A DNA stretch of 64,000 bases, taken from the NCBI RefSeq assembly GCF_009914755.1, contig NC_060928.1. One strand, written 5' to 3'. This document shows positions 1 through 11,890 of this stretch, piece by piece (within the stretch, counting starts at the first letter, position 1; each line of letters begins with the position of its first letter). The translations under genes and the position numbers were made by a program. The stretch is from the human T2T-CHM13v2.0 reference genome, Homo sapiens. The notes beneath the pieces are model-generated. The model saw only the letters and a list, made by a program, of their open reading frames with translations. It did no database searches and was not told where the DNA came from.

Positions 1-264
1 TTGAGTTGGAACCTGAAGGGCTAGTAGGAATCACCCTGGGCAGAGGGAAAGTGGCCTTTCTTGCAGAAGGAAGCTCATAGGCAAAGGTGAGAAATGAAAG
101 GATATCTACCCCAAACACCCCTTCTCTCTGCGTGGTTTCTTATTAAGCCTTCCTAACATGGTTTTATGTCAACCTGGAATACATGGAGGTGCAGAGATAC
201 TCCATAGAGAGGACTATTCCCTGGCTAAGAAGTCAAATTTCTGGCAAGCTTCAGCCTCTCTAAA

Positions 265-457
265 AAGTGGTTCTCAAACTTTAAGGTGCAGTGGAATCAC
301 CTGGAGGGTTGAAAGTGTTGTGAAACAGTTTCCTGGAGCAGCAACCCCAGAGTTCCTGTTTTAGGAGGTTGGTGTGGGCCTGTGAATCTGCATTTCTCAT
401 TAGCTCACAGGTGATGCCATTGCTGCTGGCCCAAGGACCACACTTAGAGAACTGCTG
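265..457 (+). mobile_element. MER5A (hAT-Charlie MITE)
   Basis: Termini AGTGGTTCTCAAA ... GAGAACTGCTG; internal GAATCACCTGGAG, GAATCTGCATTTCT and CAGGTGATGC; ctcta-type 8-bp flanks. Confidence 0.85.
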
Positions 458-622
458 CTCTACAATAATATTGGTATAAATGTGAAAGGAACAAAAAAGC
501 ATTTAGGAGGGCAAAATAATTGTCACAAGGTATATTAACTAAAGACCCCATCTCTTGCCCCATGGAAGAGGCTCCTCCGCCTCTGTTTAGAGCTGAGTGT
601 GACTTATGTATAAGAAACTAGC

Positions 623-936
<314 letters not shown>

Positions 937-1387
937 CTAAATTCAGAACCTAGCTGATCAGAAAAACATCTTTTTAAAAACTGTTAAAAGAACCAGCTTT
1001 TACTTTTCACCAAGAAAAGAAAGAATAATTGTTTTGTTAGGTATGAAATCTAATGGCATGGAGCCTGAATTCATTCAGGACTGGCACAGACAAGACAGGA
1101 CCCACCTTGATTCCCTCTGGGTATCACTATATTCCAGTGCTATGCAGTGATGGATGTTCACAATGATCGCCTGTGCGCATCAACACCTATTTAATTTGCA
1201 CATCATATGTTCTGTTTAAGAAAGCAGGTAGCACATTAATAAGAATGATTTATGTCAAAAATAGAAGGTAATGTTTTTTAAATGTAAAGGATTGGAGCTT
1301 AAAGCTTCAGTGACAGATTCACTTGTTTAATAGCTTGTTCTCCAGTGATTTAAAATGAGGCACTATTATATTTGTGTATATTTTTAG

Positions 1388-1710
<323 letters not shown>

Positions 1711-2338
1711 ACTACTTGGGCCATTTTTGACTCAAATAAAGAAGCCACATTTCTCCTGTTTAGAGTGATAAATTTAAGAAAAAAGTAAAAATTGGAAGGA
1801 ATTTTAGCCGTTCCTTCTGGAAACCCTGAACTGTATAGCCTAATGATTATTGGGTCACTGGCCGCTTAGACCTCTCTCAGCTTCTGTTGCCTAGAGGAAT
1901 AAAATCTGAGGGGTAAAATTTAAGAAAATTCATGTTATTGAAGAAAAAAAAATGGTGTTGAGCTCTTCTTTCAAATGAATTCTAATAAATATGACACTGT
2001 CTATAATTCAGGAAGTTAATAGCCTTTTAATTTTGGATCTGATTTTTGCAAAGGGTCATGGAGAAGGGAAGGGGAAAGCCTGTTGCCTTCAGATCTGCTA
2101 GCTGCACTTTTCTGTGTTGATGTATATCCAGGCAATGTTTGAAGACACAAGGGTTTTCTTGGTCTCCTCTCTCTAGAATAACATTGTGATGACAATTTCA
2201 AATCAATCAGTTAGACTCAAATTAAAATCAAGTAAAAAACAAGACATCTATCATTTAGATATTGCTTACTCTTCCCCTGGGCCTTTTGCAGTGTTTGGGG
2301 TTGGGATGAGAGGAGTAATCTGAGCCAGCATTTTCTGT

Positions 2339-2470
2339 GGAGCTCTGAATGGTAACTGGGCATCTCGGTACCTGAATGGTGGTACCCAAGCGCCTCAGTG
2401 CCTGAATCCCACCTGAGCATCATAGTATCTGAATGGTACCTGAGCTCTGAATGGTCCTGGAGCATCACAA
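2339..2470. repeat. Degenerate minisatellite, about 5 units with core CTGAATGGT
   Basis: CTGAAT at 2345, 2372, 2402, 2429 and 2447 (spacings 27, 30, 27, 18). Confidence 0.75.
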
Positions 2471-3077
2471 TAGCCCTGGTGCTCTATCCCAGGGGCTGGG
2501 CTCTGACCCATGCAGAGGTTCCCTTAAGAAACTGGGAGGTCCAATGAAAACATGCTGCAAATGTTTCTTCGATTAAAAGATACACAGTTAACACTACAGA
2601 TGTTTTTAGATTAAAAGATATGCATTTAACATTTTCTTATGTAGTGAAAGAGGGTTCCTCATGCAGGATATGCCAGATAGAATGGTTTTGAAACTAGCTG
2701 GAGCTTAAGGTAGAATCTCTGCTTCTGTATTGTCACTTGCCCTAGTAACAGAAGTTATGATCAGAGACTCCTAATAAAACAACCAGTGGTTCTATGTTAT
2801 ATAAATTATTGTAAGTTTTTTTGCATATTATCTCATTTGATTCCTTTTGGAAATGGCAGGGCAGGTATATCCATTTATAGATGAGAAATAGTCAGTGAGG
2901 AAACGGATCTGACCCAGGCCTTCCAATTCCTGGTCTTGTGCTTATCCCACTCTCCCAACTTTATCCTCAAATACATTTTCTTTTTTTTTGCCGAAAATGA
3001 TACCTTGTTTTCTAGTTCAGCCTAGTAAGCAGGAATTGATAGATCAAGGTAAAAATGCTCTCTTGATGTTGATGCAG

Positions 3078-3268
3078 GTGATCGTTTTGGCCCTGAAACT
3101 GCCAGTGACCTAGAGGCATCATTTCCTATTCAAGACGTCCTGGAAAACTACATTTACTACTTTCAGAGTGTTCATGAAAGCATTGAGCCAACCCATGATA
3201 TTTTTAGTTTTTATGTGAGTGATGGAACCAGTCGTTCAGAAATTCACAGCATCAATATCACCATTGAG
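3078..3268 (+). CDS. FRAS1: FRAS1 exon (191 nt, phase 1->0), CSPG repeat
   Basis: gatgcag|GT ... GAG|gtaaag; (G)DRFGPETASDLEASFPIQDVLENYIYYFQSVHESIEPTHDIFSFYVSDGTSRSEIHSINITIE. Not in the ORF track. Confidence 0.93.
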
Positions 3269-3343
3269 GTAAAGACTTTGGAAGTTGGAAAGGTTGAGCC
3301 CTTGACCACAATATTTCACACCATTAGAGAGCTTTCTTTATAG
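3269..3343 (+). CDS. FRAS1: Alternative terminal extension (intron read-through) of a short FRAS1 isoform, VKTLEVGKVEPLTTIFHTIRELSL*
   Basis: In-frame continuation through the donor for 24 codons to TAG at 3341-3343, with AATAAA at 3785-3790. Matches my recollection of the C-terminus of the annotated short FRAS1 isoform (not verified). Confidence 0.7.
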   Translation, partial: VKTLEVGKVEPLTTIFHTIRELSL

Positions 3344-4282
3344 GGACTCAAAAGCAAAGAAGATTGGATTTGACCTTCAAAATTGAAGGTCGTTCTTAAA
3401 ATATAGCCTTCAGGAATCTTGTAGAATTAAGGTTGGCATTTGGGGAAGGCTTGAGTTAGAAATCTAAATTTCCATTTCAGGATTGAATTTATTTGTTCGG
3501 TGTGAAAAACAGTTTGTGAAGGTCAGAGATGCTTTGCCAGTCTCATATATAAATGAAAACTTACATATGTCTATGTTTCTCTGAAATTGTGTTTGGTTCT
3601 ATATGCATATTTGCCTTTTCTTATTTTACTGCATTTATTTATTTAATTGTAACATCAAAGAAATGTGTTCCTTGATGCTGTATTTATTCTCATTTGAGCA
3701 ACTACACAGGCTTGCTCTACCGAGAGAGAGACACAGGGGAGGGGAAAGATAAATCTCAGAATGAAATACCCTCTGCCTTGGGAAAATAAAATGTAAAGAA
3801 CCCTCTGCACTCTTAAGGGTCAGTGGTGGAAAGGGGCTGGCACCAGGGCAGGGAGACAGCTTTAGAGACCCACACTTTCAAATATAGTGTCCTTCTACAG
3901 GTACTGTGGTATGCTTAGCATTTTCTAAGAGAGTTCTGAGTTATATTAGTATGGTCTTTTATCTTCAAAGTATGTTAATACTTGTACTTGTCAAAGCACA
4001 TATCCATATTTTTGGTCTAGAAAATATGGTCATTGTACTTACGGAAGATATCTGAGAAAACTTTTATGAAATGTCCATCAGCTTCTTTTGAAGGGGGCAT
4101 TTTGTTGCCTGGACTTGCTCTCTTTTCAAACTAACTATTTTGCTTGGGAAGTAAAGATGGTGCCACATTAAATGCTATTTTGAGGTGAACATTTCTGTAG
4201 CAATGATACTGTCTCTGAATAATGTGCATTTTCTTTCTTCTTAAATATCTGTGTGAGATCTAATAGTTTATGCTTTAATCAG

Positions 4283-4436
4283 AGGAAGAACGATGAGCCT
4301 CCCAGGATGACCTTGCAGCCCCTCAGAGTGCAGCTGAGCTCGGGAGTGGTGATAAGCAATTCTTCTTTGAGCCTGCAAGACCTGGACACCCCAGATAATG
4401 AGCTCATTTTTGTATTGACAAAAAAGCCTGACCACG
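4283..4436 (+). CDS. FRAS1: FRAS1 exon (154 nt, phase 0->1)
   Basis: ttaatcag|AGG ... CACG|gtaggg; RKNDEPPRMTLQPLRVQLSSGVVISNSSLSLQDLDTPDNELIFVLTKKPDH. Confidence 0.95.
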
Positions 4437-5611
4437 GTAGGGCACGAACTGCTATGAAAAGCTTCTTAATTGAGATGCCCGATGGGCTGTTAGAATAAAC
4501 ACAAATATTTCAGTTGACTATTTCTTTTCTTGTATATGGTACATTCTTTGCATCAAAGTGTAATCAAATTCACAGCTGGCTAATATTTTTTTGGAGTCCT
4601 GGTAGACATCAGTTGTTTAAGAAGCCTCAATCCCAGTTAATTGGTGTCTCTGAAGTTAAATTTCAGCCGTTTTTTTGCTTTTCTATGTAACCTTAAGCAA
4701 AAAAGTTTTCAGAATTTGCCTATTCTCTTCTCAGAGTTCCCATATTGTCTTCTCAGGGTAGACATCAGTGTTTAATAATCTTGAGCCATTTTATGTACCC
4801 TTGTAGAGGCATACTAGATGTCTTTATGAACTTGTTCCTTTTGTAAAAAAAAAAAAAAAAAAACACTTTTCCTCATTTAAACCAGATGCAGAAGCCACTT
4901 TTGGGACCTTCTACCTACTTCTTTTTTTTAAGAGCCATCTCTCCAGTTATTGGCTAAAGTTCTGGAATGCAAGTGGTGTGTCTCAATTCATCGTAATGCT
5001 CATTGGTCTTTTAAAGATTAAATTGTTGCAGTAGATGAAGGGTTAATAGAAAAAACTGTTGGGCATTGTATTTTAGCTTGCTTCCATTCACTTTCGCTTT
5101 CTTGAATGAAGCACTTTGACTGTCCCACTGCGGTACATGACCCTTGAGAACAGAAATATATGCTTCAATCTAAAGATGCTTAGTGTCTCTCTTAATTGAA
5201 AAGGAATTTAAAGCATATTCCCATCTCTGCCTCTAGATGCCCTAAGAGAAAGACAGTGAGTGCTATTTTCACTTTGCAAAAGGGAAAAATAAGATTTAGA
5301 TAATGAAGTGAGTTTAAATTCATGGAGGGAGATATGATTTGTAAGTCACTGTATTACCACATCCATCTGTGTCTCCTTAAGAGACTTTTTAGCTAGGATA
5401 AGTGGGACTTTGTCTTCTTTATTTGTGTATGAGGCCACAGAGCAGCACCCTGTGGTTATATGTAAAATGCTAAGCTGTTGGCACCAAGAGCCTCTGAGGC
5501 ACTTGACATTCTACCCAGACTCATACTACTTGGAAAAATCAGACAATGTTTTGAATCATATATATATGTGTATTCTACCATTGTTTTGCTTTTCTTTACC
5601 TCTTCCCTCAG

Positions 5612-5875
5612 GTCATGTACTCTGGAGGCAAACTGCTTCTGAGCCTCTGGAGAATGGGAGAGTTTTAGTCCAGGGCTCAACCTTCACCTACCAGGATATC
5701 CTAGCTGGGCTGGTTGGGTATGTGCCTAGTGTCCCTGGCATGGTCGTGGATGAGTTCCAGTTCTCCCTCACTGATGGCCTCCACGTGGACACAGGGAGGA
5801 TGAAGATCTACACAGAACTGCCTGCAAGTGACACACCTCACTTGGCTATAAACCAAGGCCTACAGCTCTCAGCAG
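5612..5875 (+). CDS. FRAS1: FRAS1 exon (264 nt, phase 1->1)
   Basis: ttccctcag|GT ... GCAG|gtacca; HVLWRQTASEPLENGR...FSLTDGLHVDTG...INQGLQLSA. Confidence 0.95.
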
Positions 5876-7705
5876 GTACCACAGAAATAAAGGAGAGTGG
5901 CCATGGTTTTTCTATCCTTATTTCTTCTTTGTCCAGTATGCAGTACTTTCTTCCATGTTAGTGATGTGGGTGCATCTTAAAGTACCTGTTCCATACTTGG
6001 GGAGATTGGAGTCTTGGAAAACTATTGTTTTTGGGATACTAAGAATTGTTAGTGACAAATGTGAACCTCTAAAATTCTTTGGACCAAATGCTTATGTCTG
6101 TGAATTAGAGAAAAGATTGAGAAGAGTTTATAATATTTCCAGGGCCCTCAAAAATCTTAATTTATTCAACTACTCCTAGGCCCAGGTTTCCTCTAACATT
6201 ACTCCCATTCAACAAACCCCATGGAAACAACGAAATATAGCAGAATTTTTAAGACGCTTATTTTTTTACAAAATGCATGGAGGGTAAGCTGGGAAACCAT
6301 CATGCATTAAAAGTGATTATACAAATAATTGAGAATTATCAGATATGGTATTCTAGGGTTTAACATTCACAATTTTGCTCATGTTTAAGCAACATTGGAG
6401 GACCTGTGACAAGTGTGAGTCTTGAACAGTTTGCAGTAGGAAGTTACTTAATTAAGAAGTGGACCTTTTGCCCAGGGTGTCTGCATCTTACTAGAGTTCT
6501 GTTGTTTGTTTGTTCTTAGTTTCATGTGTATTTTGCAGTGAAAAATGTATGGTATAATAGTATTGGAAAACTTGGTAGTTCTCAAAGGTCTTAAATATCA
6601 AGTCTGAGATTTGACTTTATCCTACTTATAAGCTAATAAACTATCCTGTTACTGTTTCATGGATGCTGGTAGAAGATACAAGATTCCTCCATCAGAAATA
6701 CGGCACTCTTGTTACTTATAGCACAGCAGGCAGCATGGGCATCAGCAGGTTTGCATCGGCTCCCTCTGCCATCCCAGTCCCATAGGGGTGATGTAGAGGG
6801 CCCAGACAGACACTTTCGTGTGCAGTAGGATGCATCACAGAGGGGAATACTGAGCTTGGGGAATTCTCCATGTTACAGCAGCAGAATGCAAGTCTTATTT
6901 TTGTCTGAGAGGAAGACATTACCTCATCCCTCAAGGTTGCTCTCTGAGAAACGGCCTGGGTAAAGCATGGTCAGGGTCTTGTGTTCTTGGTATTACCCAC
7001 TAAGAACATGTCACTCCAAACACCAGGATGTATTATGCATGAATAACTAGGCTCTACTTTACCGGGATTTACTATTTTTAACATGATAAAGCGGCTGGGT
7101 AATAAAGCAAGTGACAAGACCCTGAGAAGAGGAGTTTGCCATTAGCCAGGGCCTTATCTTCATCCCCAACACCTGCGCAGTGTCCAGGGCCCAGAGGCTC
7201 AGATCTCCTTGCTCCTAACATCCTCTGTCCTGAAGGATGCTGATTTTCACTACTTTGTCTGACATGGCAACAAGATATGTTTGAGTTTATGTAAAGCTAT
7301 ATTTTTCTGATTTGGTGATTCTCAAGACAGTAAGTAAACTAAATCCAAGCAGGTTTCATCATAGATCTAGGAGTTATTTTTGTCACAGAACTGGGAGTTA
7401 TTCCACAGATCTAGGTATTAACTGGTAGGTCACTGAGTCGGAGGAGCATAGGAGAGAATGAAAATGGATCAGAAGGAAAAAAGTGCTTAGGTGTTGACTC
7501 AAGGGAAAATTAGTAAATTGAAATGTCGGTACTCTTTCACTAGGGAAATTATAATTTATTCAGCTGGAAACTGAGAAGGGCAAGTGCCTGGTACCTAGAT
7601 CCAATGAATATGTGATAATTTAGCCTCCAGTCTCCTAAAATCATTTGACATCCCGTTCAAAGGAAATGTTGGGGAATAACCTACTCTCTTCCGTTCTCTT
7701 CCAAG

Positions 7706-7894
7706 GGTCTGTAGCACGCATCACAGAACAGCACTTGAAAGTGACAGATATTGACTCAGATGACCATCAGGTTATGTACATCATGAAGGAAGATCCTGGT
7801 GCAGGGCGCCTGCAGATGATGAAGCATGGCAACCTGGAGCAAATTTCTATTAAAGGCCCCATCCGAAGTTTCACCCAGGCAGACATTAGCCAAG
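7706..7894 (+). CDS. FRAS1: FRAS1 exon (189 nt, phase 1->1)
   Basis: tcttccaag|GG ... CAAG|gtcagc; SVARITEQHLKVTDIDSDDHQVMYIMKEDPGAGRL...SFTQADISQ. Confidence 0.94.
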
Positions 7895-9327
7895 GTCAGC
7901 CAGTTCTCTTCTGCCTACCAGGCTTCCGTGGACTGCACCTACACTAGTAAAATGAGAATTAAATATCTGGTAGTCTATGGCAATAAACTGTGCACTCTTT
8001 GTTTTGAGGAGCTTCATTTGTTCTCTTCCTTGTTTTCTTATTTTTTTTTTTCTTTTTGTTTTTAAAAAAGCCCTATCTTTCTTGGTTGAAATGTGTTCAT
8101 GCTTTGACTTAGCATTGGTGGCATTTGCAGCTATTTTGGAGAGAAAAAGTTATTTTGACTTGCTGTGATGCTAAAAAGTATATATGAGAGAGAGAGAAGG
8201 AAAAAAGAAGTGAGTTGGGATGGATTAAGGTGAAAATTATGCCTTCCTTAGGTGAGCAATTTATATCTCTTTTCAGCTCCCCAAAGAGCACAAGTTAATG
8301 AACTAAGCAAAATGGAAGGGCATAAATCGGAGCTGCCTAGGGGAAATTACATGGCACATCCCTCCATCAGGAAATGCTGATGTAATGTAAAGGCATAAAT
8401 GTTAAATGCTACGTAGTTACTGTACAGTGCTTTCAGGGATACAAAAGGGAAAAAAAGTTATATATTGGGGAAAACGTAATCCACAGTCTTGTGATTATGT
8501 GCAATTCTGTTTAGAAGTGGAAATATACCCCTGCGGATAAAAAACAAGTGTCCCGCCCACACACTAACACCTAAAATTGACAACAGCTGAATTCTCATTG
8601 GAACTGGCTGTGCTTTAGTGAAGGGGAGTGGAAGAGGCAAAAGGAAAGTAATTCCTTAATTATTTCATATGTCGGTGTCTACTTTTAAAAGATAAGACCA
8701 GCCCCCTCTTCCCAGAGATTTGGTTATATTTACACAACCAAATTGAAAGATGCTTTTAAGTGATGCTGTAGGTTAACAAAAATGTAATACATTTTTGTTG
8801 TACTTCTCCTTTTAGATCCTTTTGAGTTCTATGTGGAGTTTATTTGTTGGTTGGCTATAGCCCATGTTGCTCCGTGAACTGGGCAATGAAAAGTGAAGAG
8901 TTCTGGGAGAATGTGAGGTGCAGCTCTGTGTCTTCTTGCCCTTGTGATTCCAATATATAATAGGGTCACTCCAGGTGATGTGGGTGTGGTCAGTGCACAT
9001 TTACACATGGGCAGTTTTGTGGATCTCGTTTTCATGAGGTGTCCTTAGAGGCTGAGCTGATCTTCCAAAAAGGCTCAGCCTTAACCATGAGAAAGGTCAC
9101 TTGGGGTGATTTTGTTATGAGAAGGTCTTTGGTTATGAGAAAGTAGATGGTGGGAGAGGAAAAGGAGGAAATGAAAACTTTAGATTAAAATGTCAAAAGC
9201 AGTGTCAAAGCGAGGAAGGTGTGAACTGATTCATTGGTGTGAACACCAATTGAATTCCCACCTCTTGCTTCAGAAATAAGGGCAGAAAGCACTAATAGCA
9301 AATCTTGATTTTTTTTCCTTTTTATAG

Positions 9328-9447
9328 GCCATGTAGAATATAGTCATGGAACAGGAGAACCTGGAGGGAGCTTTGCTTTTAAATTTGATGTGGTTGATGG
9401 AGAAGGCAACAGATTGATTGACAAGTCATTTTCCATCAGCATTCTAG
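9328..9447 (+). CDS. FRAS1: FRAS1 exon (120 nt, phase 1->1)
   Basis: tttttatag|GC ... CTAG|gtaaag; HVEYSHGTGEPGGSFAFKFDVVDGEGNRLIDKSFSISIL. Not in the ORF track. Confidence 0.94.
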
Positions 9448-9730
9448 GTAAAGAGACATTTGATTTTCTAATATAAAACTATTTTAGCAGTTCTGAGGTT
9501 ATATAGTTTACACTTTGTTCACCTCGAGGCTCGAGTCCTTCCCTTTACCTAGCTGGTGTGGAAACTGAAAATCATACCCCCTTTATTGCACGAAGCCCTG
9601 GCTCCTTGGTGTGCTCTCTAACACACAGGCCTAGAGATGACTCTGACCTTACTTCCTGGCACCAGGCCTAGAATTAAAGAAAGGAGGCTGAGAAGATCCC
9701 ATTTCAAATCACTATTTCTGATATTTTCAG

Positions 9731-9910
9731 AAGACAAATCCCCACCAGTCATCACCACCAATAAAGGACTGGTCTTGGATGAAAACTCAGTGAAGAAAAT
9801 CACCACCCTGCAGCTGTCTGCCACTGACCAGGACAGTGGGCCTACAGAATTGATCTACAGAATCACCAGACAGCCCCAGCTGGGCCACTTGGAACATGCA
9901 GCATCACCAG
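9731..9910 (+). CDS. FRAS1: FRAS1 exon (180 nt, phase 1->1)
   Basis: ttttcag|AA ... CCAG|gtaagt; (E)DKSPPVITTNKGLVLDENSVKKITTLQLSATDQDSGPTELIYRITRQPQLGHLEHAASP. Confidence 0.95.
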
Positions 9911-10039
9911 GTAAGTCTATCATCTCTTGATTTACTGAATCAAAACTTAGACCTTAGTAAGTATTGAGGGCAGCCACATCATGTATCATGTATACCTAGA
10001 ATCTGCCTTAATTCATATTTATTTTCTGCCTCACTAATT

Positions 10040-10990
10040 TTGACCATTATACACTGGCTTGTATTATACTTAGCACACAGCAGGTGCTTAATGATTACTT
10101 ACTGAAGGTAAATTAAAAGTTACATGTAAAATTTTCTATATGCAATCTTGTCTCCATAACTAGATGTTAAATTCCTTTAGGGCAAACACTGCATCCTGCT
10201 TTTCATCTATACTCCCTTGAGCACATGGCACTGTGCAAGGCATTCTGCATGGCTTAAAAATTCAATCCAGTGAATAGTGAGTGAGCAAGTGTACTGAGCA
10301 AGATTCTGGTTTAGCTGCTGCTCAGGAAATGAAGATGATTGAGATACAGTCCTTGACCTCCAGAGTTCTCTATTGGGTAAAATAAGGAACCTCTGCACAT
10401 AACCATAACTCAGGGGAAAATATGGCAGGTGTTTTAAGAAAGATTATAAACATGGTGTTGTAGGAGTTTAAAAGTGGGAGAGGCTACATTGGGTGAGAAA
10501 GTGCACAGAGGTGGCATTTAAGAGTGCCCTTGGAAGGCAGAGTTTGGATATACAGAATTTGTATTCTTTCCAGAGATGGGAGGCACATTCAAAAAACAAC
10601 AATTAGGTCAATTTAACTGAAGCACATATTCTAAAAATAGTAGGAGATGGGGCTCATGGATAGATTGAGAGTTTGTGGAGGATCTTCAAAGCTGGGATAA
10701 GTAACCTCTATTTAATTTAATAGGCAATAGTGAGTCACTGTGGAATTTTGAGCAAGGAAGAAAAGTGAAACTCATCAGGTAGTGTCTAACAGGATGAACT
10801 GAAGGAAAGAAAAAGGAGGCAGTGGCAGGGGTTAGAAAGCTTTCACATTTGGCCAGGTAGAAGGTAGTGGGATTTCACCTAGAGCAGCAGCCATGAGAAT
10901 AGTAAGATGAGAATAATGCGAGAGAGAATTCCTGTACCTAGTAAGCATTCAATAGACATTTGTTGGTTGAATGAAGGATGGAAGAAAGGA
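10040..10990. mobile_element. Cluster of degraded L2 fragments
   Basis: L2-type ends (cttagcacacagcaggtgctta; tagtaagcattcaatagacatttgttggttgaatg) and purine-rich L2 interior. Boundaries approximate. Confidence 0.5.
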
Positions 10991-11073
10991 AGGAATTTCA
11001 GGGGAGAACCTACACAAGCTGGGAGCTGAAGGGATGTGAGTGACAAGAGATATTTGCTGAATAAACAATCTAG

Positions 11074-11362
11074 AGCCAGGTGCAGTGGCTCACACCTGTA
11101 ATCTCAGCACTTTGGGAGGTTGAGGTGGGAAGATCTCCCTTGAGTCCAGGAGTTTGAGACCAGCCTGGGCAACATAGTGAGACCCCGTTTATTTTCTTTT
11201 CTTTTTAAAGGCCAGATGTGGTGGTGCACATTTGTAGTTGTAGCTACTTGGGAGGCTGAGACAGGAGGATTGCTTGAGCCTGGGATTTGAGGCCGCAGTG
11301 ATCTGTGATCATACCACTGCACTGCAGCTTGGTGACAGAGCAAGACCCTATCTCAAAAAAAA
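11074..11362 (+). mobile_element. Alu (AluJ-like) with atypical T-rich linker
   Basis: Both arms recognisable; TSD core ACAATCTA on both sides. Confidence 0.93.
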
Positions 11363-11469
11363 GACAATCTAAAGGTAGAATTATCTTTATTTCTTGGAAC
11401 ATAGAGGCAGTGACAGCATATTGGAGTTTTAGAGCTTCATGGATTCTTTTCAGATTTTAGGTTATAGAG

Positions 11470-11890
11470 TCTTCATTAATTCAACCAGGCAAACGGAAAA
11501 ATGGGGGAAGTTCCTGCCCTGATTGTACTCACTTTCTAATGCAAGGATTCCAACAACAAGCAAGCAAGCACGTATATGCTGTGTCAGATGGTGATGAGTG
11601 TCTAGGAGAAGGAAGGGTATTCCTGGGAGAACACAGAGAGCAAGCAGGTGAGGGAAGCCCTCTGTAATAATAAGATGACAGTTGAGCAGACATCTGAAGA
11701 AAGCCAGGTAGCTGGCCACGCTGATACATAAAAAAAAAAAAAAGGACATTCCAGACAGAGGGATCAGCAAACGTCAACATCCTGAGGCAGGTTCCGTCAG
11801 GCAAATCATGTTCAAGACGCAGCAAGGAGACCAGGGTGGCTGCAGCAGAGTGAATGAAGGGGAGACTTGGAAGAGATGAGCTTTAAATGG
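11470..11890 (-). mobile_element. L2 fragment
   Basis: Typical L2 antisense text (ggacattccagacagagggatcagc; ggagaccagggtggctgcagcagagtgaatgaagggg). Boundaries approximate. Confidence 0.55.

Noticed and set aside
2339-2470. CRISPR-like repeat-spacer array
   Set aside because: Eukaryotic intron, only a 6-9 bp core, spacers related to each other and no cas genes; it is a degenerate tandem repeat.
4845-4863. A19 tract as a processed pseudogene or retro-insertion tail
   Set aside because: No recognisable upstream element or TSD; treated as a simple homopolymer.
9230-9256. Short hairpin TTGGTGT-GA-ACACCAA upstream of an acceptor
   Set aside because: A 7-11 bp stem is expected by chance at this window size and is too short for a pre-miRNA.
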